Both the position numbers and the translations under genes were made by a program. 43,822 nt of DNA from a virus (taxonomy: Duplodnaviria > Caudoviricetes). The notes beneath the pieces were generated by a model, which saw only the letters and a program-made list of their open reading frames with translations, had not been told where the DNA came from and did not search any database. The DNA lies in the IMG/VR virus record IMGVR_UViG_3300017774_006154, positions 1 through 43,822 of that record. One strand, 5' to 3'. Below are positions 38,461-43,822 of the stretch, one piece after another (within the stretch, counting starts at the first letter, position 1; each line of letters starts with the position of its first letter).

Positions 38461-40791
38461 TTATTGACTAGTACCAGATAACTGTACAGATTGTCCAACT
38501 GTATAACCATCCATCTTAACTGTTGTATCTTTTGCTACAAATTGTCTCATAAGAGATGTCATTTCCTCCCTCATCAATTTTATTTCAGTCACTAAAGGAT
38601 CTAATGATAAAGATGCAGCTGGTGCCTGTGGGCTTTCAACTGGCTTTTGTGCTCCAGCAATAGCTGCGCCTCCCGGAGATGCCGCCCCTTGTATAGCAAT
38701 ACCCCCACCTAGAACTCCTAATTTTTGAAGACCTAATAATACTGGCAATGCCGCTAATCCTGAAATCGCAATAGCTGCTAATCCTAAAGCAAGCCCCCCA
38801 AATGCTTGGCCAAGTAAAATCATACCAACAGCTTTCTCTGGGGTTATTAAAGTTAATATTGCTGGTATTTGCATTAAAGCAAATCCAATTCCCGCAAATG
38901 CTAATCCTATCCCAGCTGCTACTGCTGCTATACTAAGTAGTACTGGAATTGCTGCGGTTGCGGCTGCTCCAAATCCTCCCAAAGCAGTACCCATTGCTAC
39001 AAATCCTCCAGCTGCTGGGGCAGCGGAAGCCGTCACTGCTGTATTAGAAGCTACCAATCCAGTGTTCGCCCCCGCTTGAAGCAATGTAGCTGTAGTTTGG
39101 GAAGCAGTTGCAATTGTTGCAAGTGCTTGGGCAGATTTAAGAGCTGTCATACCACCTACTAGGGTCGATATCAAAGGTATAGCTACAATTACTGCTGCAA
39201 TAGCGGGACCAAGAAAGGGTATTGAAAATATCTGACCTACATATTCTAAAATTGGAGCAAGCGCCCCCATTACTTTATTTAATGCAGCTGTAAAATTTTC
39301 TTGTATTGTTATACGCTTCATATCTTCTGCGTTAACTCCTGCAGCAGCTGAAGCCTGCTCATCAGTCATCTTACTATCTATAGCCCTTAAGTAAGCAACT
39401 CTAGCAAGCTGGTCTCTAGTCATTCCAAGAGCTTTTGCTTGAGCTTCTTGACCTAGCCTACCCATTTTGCCAAACTTTTCTATATCAACAGTATTCTTGA
39501 ATAATTCATCTTGTAGACCTATCGTATCACCAGTAAGAGCCATCTCTCTTGCCTTAGATAAGTTTATTTGATTACCGGTTAAAAGTTGTGCTTCTAATTC
39601 GGACTCAATAGATGATTCAAAATTTAATAGACTCTCAGCTATTTTATCTACTTGGTTCAAATCCATTCCAAGCCTTCTAGCTTGAGATGCAGCTTTTGCT
39701 ATAGCCACATCGTTATTGCCCAAAGATAATTTAATACTATCAGAAGTCTTAGCCACATCCCTAAGGACTACTCCCTGAGATACTGCAGACCTATTTGCTC
39801 TATTAAATGCGGAAGTTGTGGCCACTACGCTATCCGTAATGGAATCTACACTCTTCCCGCTAGTTTGGGCCATCATCGCAATACCCCCAGCCTCATCTGC
39901 TGCTAGACCCATTTCAACTTTTAAGTCTGCAGCATTTGCAATTACGTTTTGAGAAAATGCACTTTGAGCATTAAATCCTATTTGCTTAGTTAATTCAGCA
40001 GCTGTTTCTAATATTTGAACTGAGGATGCTGCTCCATTTGCAAATATATTAAAACTAACAGCGGTATCCCCTGTCAATCTCCTCAATTCAACAGACGCTT
40101 TGTTTATTGCAAAGAATTGTTCTACTATCTTACCTACTATAGCTGCTGGGTCTAGCATAGCTGTTGTAAACTGTTTTCCTACAGTCTTTGCAGCTATTGC
40201 CATCATACCGAACCCGTTGGTATTCTTTTTTACTAGGTTACCGTTTTTATCAAGACCAATGGACGCTTCTCTCAATGCGTCAACTACCCCTTTGGCATTA
40301 ATAACTGTTCCAAGACCTGGTATCTTCGCAAGTCCTCCCGCAACTTTACCTATTAGTCCTACTTGTTTAGCTGTTGAATCAGTTATTGCTTTTTGAGACT
40401 CAAGTATTGATTTTTGTGCATCTACATAGCGAAGTGCTCGATTTATTCGCTCTTGTTCTATCGGTATGCCCCGTGCTTCTGCGGTCGCAGCTTTTAGAAG
40501 GAATTCTTGCTTTTGCTGTTCTAAATTTAAAAGCTGTTCTGAAAGGCCTTTTGAATCTAATAACCCTTTATTTATCTTGGATGCATTTTTAGAAAATTCT
40601 GCCGAAGATGATATCAATTTAGAATACGTAGAAAGTAAACTAGAGCCTGCTGCTTTTATAATATCCTTTTGTACTGCATCAGAAGCATTCCTAAAGGCAT
40701 CTTTAATAATATTAGAGACCCTAGCAGCTGCCGATGTTAGGTTGTTTTCAAGATTTTCTAACTGCTGCTGTTGATCAGGAGGTGGTGCCAT
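38461..40791 (-). CDS. Tail tape measure protein
   Basis: Ala/Gly-rich helical protein with hydrophobic segments, located after the tube and chaperone genes. Confidence 0.85.
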   Translation of the reverse strand: MAPPPDQQQQLENLENNLTSAAARVSNIIKDAFRNASDAVQKDIIKAAGSSLLSTYSKLISSSAEFSKNASKINKGLLDSKGLSEQLLNLEQQKQEFLLKAATAEARGIPIEQERINRALRYVDAQKSILESQKAITDSTAKQVGLIGKVAGGLAKIPGLGTVINAKGVVDALREASIGLDKNGNLVKKNTNGFGMMAIAAKTVGKQFTTAMLDPAAIVGKIVEQFFAINKASVELRRLTGDTAVSFNIFANGAASSVQILETAAELTKQIGFNAQSAFSQNVIANAADLKVEMGLAADEAGGIAMMAQTSGKSVDSITDSVVATTSAFNRANRSAVSQGVVLRDVAKTSDSIKLSLGNNDVAIAKAASQARRLGMDLNQVDKIAESLLNFESSIESELEAQLLTGNQINLSKAREMALTGDTIGLQDELFKNTVDIEKFGKMGRLGQEAQAKALGMTRDQLARVAYLRAIDSKMTDEQASAAAGVNAEDMKRITIQENFTAALNKVMGALAPILEYVGQIFSIPFLGPAIAAVIVAIPLISTLVGGMTALKSAQALATIATASQTTATLLQAGANTGLVASNTAVTASAAPAAGGFVAMGTALGGFGAAATAAIPVLLSIAAVAAGIGLAFAGIGFALMQIPAILTLITPEKAVGMILLGQAFGGLALGLAAIAISGLAALPVLLGLQKLGVLGGGIAIQGAASPGGAAIAGAQKPVESPQAPAASLSLDPLVTEIKLMREEMTSLMRQFVAKDTTVKMDGYTVGQSVQLSGTSQ

Positions 40792-40805
40792 TAATACTTA
40801 TTTTA

Positions 40806-40814
40806 TATAAATAG
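40806..40814 (-). promoter_or_regulatory. Putative late-promoter motif CTATTTATA
   Basis: 14 nt upstream of the tape measure ATG. Confidence 0.5.
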
Positions 40815-40842
40815 CAAAAGCTAGATTATTTTCTAGCTTTGC
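40814..40842 (-). terminator. Hairpin overlapping the chaperone-extension stop
   Basis: GCAAAGCTAGA-AAATAA-TCTAGCTTTTGC on the minus strand. Confidence 0.45.
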
Positions 40843-41068
40843 TTACATAGTCTGGTATTTTAACCGTTGTACGTTGTGAGTTTGGTGAGCTTGAGTTTTT
40901 ATGACTTTCTGCTTCCTTTTCGTAATACTCTGCTATCTTCTTTGCAGTAAAGTTTCTCATCCATATTGGCATATTATAAACTGCATCAAAAGAATATCCA
41001 CCCTTACCATGAAAAACTATCTCATGGATTTGAGTGAATAAACTAACTCTATACTCTGAAGTCAGGCC
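40826..41068 (-). CDS. Tail assembly chaperone frameshift extension (T-like / gp51-like part; not in ORF track)
   Basis: Open frame GLTSEYRVSLFTQIHEIVFHGKGGYSFDAVYNMPIWMRNF...KARK begins right at a T7 run; its first ATG is only at 40972. Confidence 0.7.
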   Translation of the reverse strand, partial: GLTSEYRVSLFTQIHEIVFHGKGGYSFDAVYNMPIWMRNFTAKKIAEYYEKEAESHKNSSSPNSQRTTVKIPDYVSKARK

Positions 41069-41792
41069 AAAAAAAGTTGAGTCCTATAGGAAGAGCAACC
41101 CCCCCCTCTGGTCCATTTTCTGGATAGAATTTAAAATCAACTCCAGGTTGAACGGTTTCTAAGTGTTTTCTAAGGGCTCTAGAGTCTACTGCAAGTAGTT
41201 GCTTATCTACAAATTGTCTAATGTCCTTAGTCTCTCTAGATCCTCCTACAGAGGTTATCATATGCTTTAGTCTTGTGGATAGCTCTCCTGAGAAATCTTT
41301 ATTGATTTTCTTCATCCCCTGAATTTCTTGATCTATCTTTTGCTCATCTGCATGGTTAAGAAGTTTAAAAGTTACCTCAGTCCCCGTAGAAGGTAGGCTA
41401 AAGTAAAACTCATTCTTACTTTTTGCCAATAAATCAAAGTCTATTTTCTTATGCTCAATAGTTGTTAAATCTACAACATAGGGTTGTCCCTCATATGTGA
41501 TTTCATATTCCTTACCATAACCTAGAATTCTTGCTGCAACCATTAGAGCGTCTTTATCTCCTATTAAAAGTTCGCTGTATGTAATGCTTTCGTCAACCAA
41601 TAGGGCTTGGATAAGCTTATCAATAACAGTTCCTTTCTGCAAGTAATTTTGATTTGTTAAAATATCCTCATGCTGCGCTGTCATGTAGCGTACCTCTACA
41701 ACACCTTTAGATAGTGGTGAGGACTCTGGGTATACTAACCCTTTAGATGGCAATTCAACTGCCTCTTTTGGAAATTCAAATTTCTGATCCAT
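41049..41792 (-). CDS. Tail assembly chaperone / T4 gp26-like baseplate hub assembly protein
   Basis: VELPSKG, MTA..EDIL, GD..A..VAARILGYG and C-terminal FFWP; lies between the tube and tape measure genes. Confidence 0.75.
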   Translation of the reverse strand: MDQKFEFPKEAVELPSKGLVYPESSPLSKGVVEVRYMTAQHEDILTNQNYLQKGTVIDKLIQALLVDESITYSELLIGDKDALMVAARILGYGKEYEITYEGQPYVVDLTTIEHKKIDFDLLAKSKNEFYFSLPSTGTEVTFKLLNHADEQKIDQEIQGMKKINKDFSGELSTRLKHMITSVGGSRETKDIRQFVDKQLLAVDSRALRKHLETVQPGVDFKFYPENGPEGGVALPIGLNFFWPDFRV

Positions 41793-41814
41793 AAATAATT
41801 AAAGTAACATTTAG

Positions 41815-41823
41815 TATAAATAT
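41815..41823 (-). promoter_or_regulatory. Putative late-promoter motif ATATTTATA
   Basis: 22 nt upstream of ATG 41792, just downstream of a terminator. Confidence 0.45.
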
Positions 41824-41831
41824 CAATATAC

Positions 41832-41859
41832 AAAAAAAAACCTAGTTTCCTAGGCTTTT
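41832..41859 (-). terminator. Intrinsic terminator after the tail tube gene
   Basis: CCTAG-GAAA-CTAGG followed by T9 on the minus strand. Confidence 0.8.
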
Positions 41860-41885
41860 ATAAAAGTAATTGTATAAAAATAGAT

Positions 41886-42377
41886 TTAAAAATTCAATAT
41901 ACAAGCATCGCAAGCAACTGTTATTGCAATATCATTTGTTGCTCCTGGATCTTCCCATGAATAATCTCCAAAGTCTCCTTTTACAAGGAATGCTCCTTTG
42001 ATAATCCACTCACCTACAACATCGCCCGGAGGGCCTATAATATTGATTACTAAATCTTTTTTATAAAAGTCGGAATACCCAGATCTACCAGTTACAGTTT
42101 CGTGCCCTAATCGTGCCCATTCCATTACAGACTGAGCTCCAGAAGGAGAAATTGGTTGGTATAGAGTCATATCAATATCCTCCCACACTCTTTGACCACC
42201 TCTTACTTTAAAATAAGAGTTGATATGTGGGATTTTTATCTGCTCGTCTGTGAAAGTAGGTGCTTTAACCTTCTTAATCATAAAAGCAGGAATCGAATCC
42301 ATATATAGCACGAACCTGTTTTTTAATTGAGGTTCAAATGCTCTGTACAACATTTCGTTGGTATCTAATACGGCCAT
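41886..42377 (-). CDS. Tail tube protein (T4 gp19-like)
   Basis: EP...NRF, W.DI.MTLY, V.EW, YKKD, W.IKGAF; follows the sheath gene. Confidence 0.88.
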   Translation of the reverse strand: MAVLDTNEMLYRAFEPQLKNRFVLYMDSIPAFMIKKVKAPTFTDEQIKIPHINSYFKVRGGQRVWEDIDMTLYQPISPSGAQSVMEWARLGHETVTGRSGYSDFYKKDLVINIIGPPGDVVGEWIIKGAFLVKGDFGDYSWEDPGATNDIAITVACDACILNF

Positions 42378-42390
42378 TTTGTATCTTTTA

Positions 42391-42399
42391 AATAAATAG
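42391..42399 (-). promoter_or_regulatory. Putative late-promoter motif CTATTTATT
   Basis: 13 nt upstream of the tube ATG. Confidence 0.45.
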
Positions 42400-42415
42400 T
42401 ACTAACTTATAATTT

Positions 42416-43822
42416 TTATTCGAATGAAGCTCCTGTTGGTTGAATAACAAAATCAATCACGATAAATTCAACTGTTTTAGTTGGTTGGATGTAAATCTGT
42501 CCTACTAATTGGTTTCTGTCGATGATATCTGCGGTATTGTTTGTGTCATCCATTACAACATTGTAAGCAAATAGCCCTTGTCTTTGTACAACAGACTCCA
42601 AGTATGGATTAACTGCTGCTAGGAATCTATTTCTTGTTGCAATTGTGTTTTGCTCAAACAATAAGCCTCTTGATACATTATTGACAAACTCTTTCAACTC
42701 AATAATCAATCTTCTAACATTTACTCTGTCTAGAGCTGTTGGAGCTGATTGTAGAGTCTTCTGACCCAATACTGATATGCCTTGTCCTGGGAATGTTGCA
42801 ATAGGGTTAACTTTATTGTCGTAAAGTGTATCTCTAAGTGCTTTTGTTAGCTTTCTTTCTGCTTGGATAACTCCAGGTACTCCACCTCTAACTAAACCTG
42901 CAGGTGCAAACCAAGGTGCAGCAACTCTATCATTCAAAGCATATACTGCTGGGATAATTGTTGAAGCTGGTACGAATGCGTTCTTGCCTGTGGCAGATAA
43001 TACTTGTACCCAAGGCCAGTATGCTGCAGCAAAAGATGAATCAACACCTGCGGCTGCTGTAGTAACATCTACTAGTAGTGCCTTATATGGTACTGGGTCA
43101 ATTACTGCGATTGCATCTCCTCTACTTTCTACAAGAGCAACTACTTTATTAATAGTTGCTGCGTTATCCTCAATCGTAAGTCCAGGTACTGCAATCAAGT
43201 TGAATTGGTATTCATCCTTGTTTGATAGTAAATCAATAGCCACATCGTAGCTAGTAGAAGTAACCCCTTGTGGGGTAGATCCAGATGCCTCGTTAAAGAA
43301 TTTAGCAGTTGAGCTTACAGTGCCAGTAGCACCTGTAAATGATCCTGATTGTTTTGTTGGAAGTGATCCAGACATTGAAGGTATGTAATCATTTATCGCA
43401 TTGGCTGCAGATACCCTTACGTAATTAGATCTGTTAGGATAATCTCCTATTACTTCAATGTACGCTTCTGTGCTATTGTAATTCTTATGTTGATTACCGA
43501 TTACTCTTTCGATGTAGATATCAGATGCTGGATCTAGAGATACATTAAATGATTCTAAGGTAATTTTGCTTCTAGTTAAATCATCTCCTCGTCTAACTAA
43601 TATAGTAAATGTACCAGCATTGTTATTTACACTTGCTACTTCAAATCTTAAATTATCAATAGAGCCGCTTGGTAAGCTACCGTCAGACCCTAGAGTACTA
43701 ACACTATTATAAACTATACCCTTACCAAAAGTCTTTAATTGGAAAGGAGCTGCAGAAGAAGTGTTAGCAGGTGCTACAGTAGTAGTGGTAGCAGAAGTAA
43801 AGCTGCCATATGATCCTGAAAC
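42416..43822 (-). CDS. Contractile tail sheath protein, 5'-truncated by the window edge
   Basis: YWPW, PWFAPAG..RG, VNPI..FPG, GQKTL, RVNVRRL, FEQN; by manual translation the frame stays open to 43822, so the track start at 43375 is internal. Confidence 0.95.
   Translation of the reverse strand, partial: VSGSYGSFTSATTTTVAPANTSSAAPFQLKTFGKGIVYNSVSTLGSDGSLPSGSIDNLRFEVASVNNNAGTFTILVRRGDDLTRSKITLESFNVSLDPASDIYIERVIGNQHKNYNSTEAYIEVIGDYPNRSNYVRVSAANAINDYIPSMSGSLPTKQSGSFTGATGTVSSTAKFFNEASGSTPQGVTSTSYDVAIDLLSNKDEYQFNLIAVPGLTIEDNAATINKVVALVESRGDAIAVIDPVPYKALLVDVTTAAAGVDSSFAAAYWPWVQVLSATGKNAFVPASTIIPAVYALNDRVAAPWFAPAGLVRGGVPGVIQAERKLTKALRDTLYDNKVNPIATFPGQGISVLGQKTLQSAPTALDRVNVRRLIIELKEFVNNVSRGLLFEQNTIATRNRFLAAVNPYLESVVQRQGLFAYNVVMDDTNNTADIIDRNQLVGQIYIQPTKTVEFIVIDFVIQPTGASFE

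Noticed and set aside
38440-41822. T4 late promoters (TATAAATA) driving plus-strand transcripts
   Set aside because: No credible plus-strand genes follow them, and their spacing tracks minus-strand start codons. Antisense activity is not formally excluded.
33314-43822. Extracellular contractile injection system or tailocin interpretation
   Set aside because: The tail genes are contiguous and co-oriented with phage replication genes and small phage-type ORFs, so a phage is the simpler explanation.

Overview
A 43.8-kb segment of a large, AT-rich, contractile-tailed (myovirus-type) phage, with every credible gene on the minus strand. The host is probably a Bacteroidota member: promoters resemble the -33/-7 type, Shine-Dalgarno sites are generally not evident, and it carries DUF4494 and an NrdAi/NrdBi-like RNR. 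In transcription order (right to left) it holds five modules. (1) Tail and baseplate: sheath (partial), tube, assembly chaperone with a probable programmed frameshift, tape measure, tube initiator, LysM-like protein and a hub with an M15-like peptidase. (2) Replication and recombination: an atypical short PolA-family protein, a 143-aa unknown, SSB, RecA/UvsX, 5'-3' exonuclease, DnaB and RNR beta/alpha. (3) Small accessory ORFs. (4) A full family-A DNA polymerase and GroES/GroEL. (5) A glycan island of at least 13 kb with glycosyltransferases, a methyltransferase, PseB/C/H/I/F-like nonulosonate enzymes, a second NeuB, a HAD phosphatase, NanQ and tandem Maf/CstII-like transferases. The best candidates for undescribed biology are the second PolA-fold protein with an altered steric gate and an RNAP-like motif C, a sense-strand TATTTAT(A/T) motif upstream of tail genes, and the dual nonulosonate glycosylation system. 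All assignments rest on motif recognition by eye; no searches were run.
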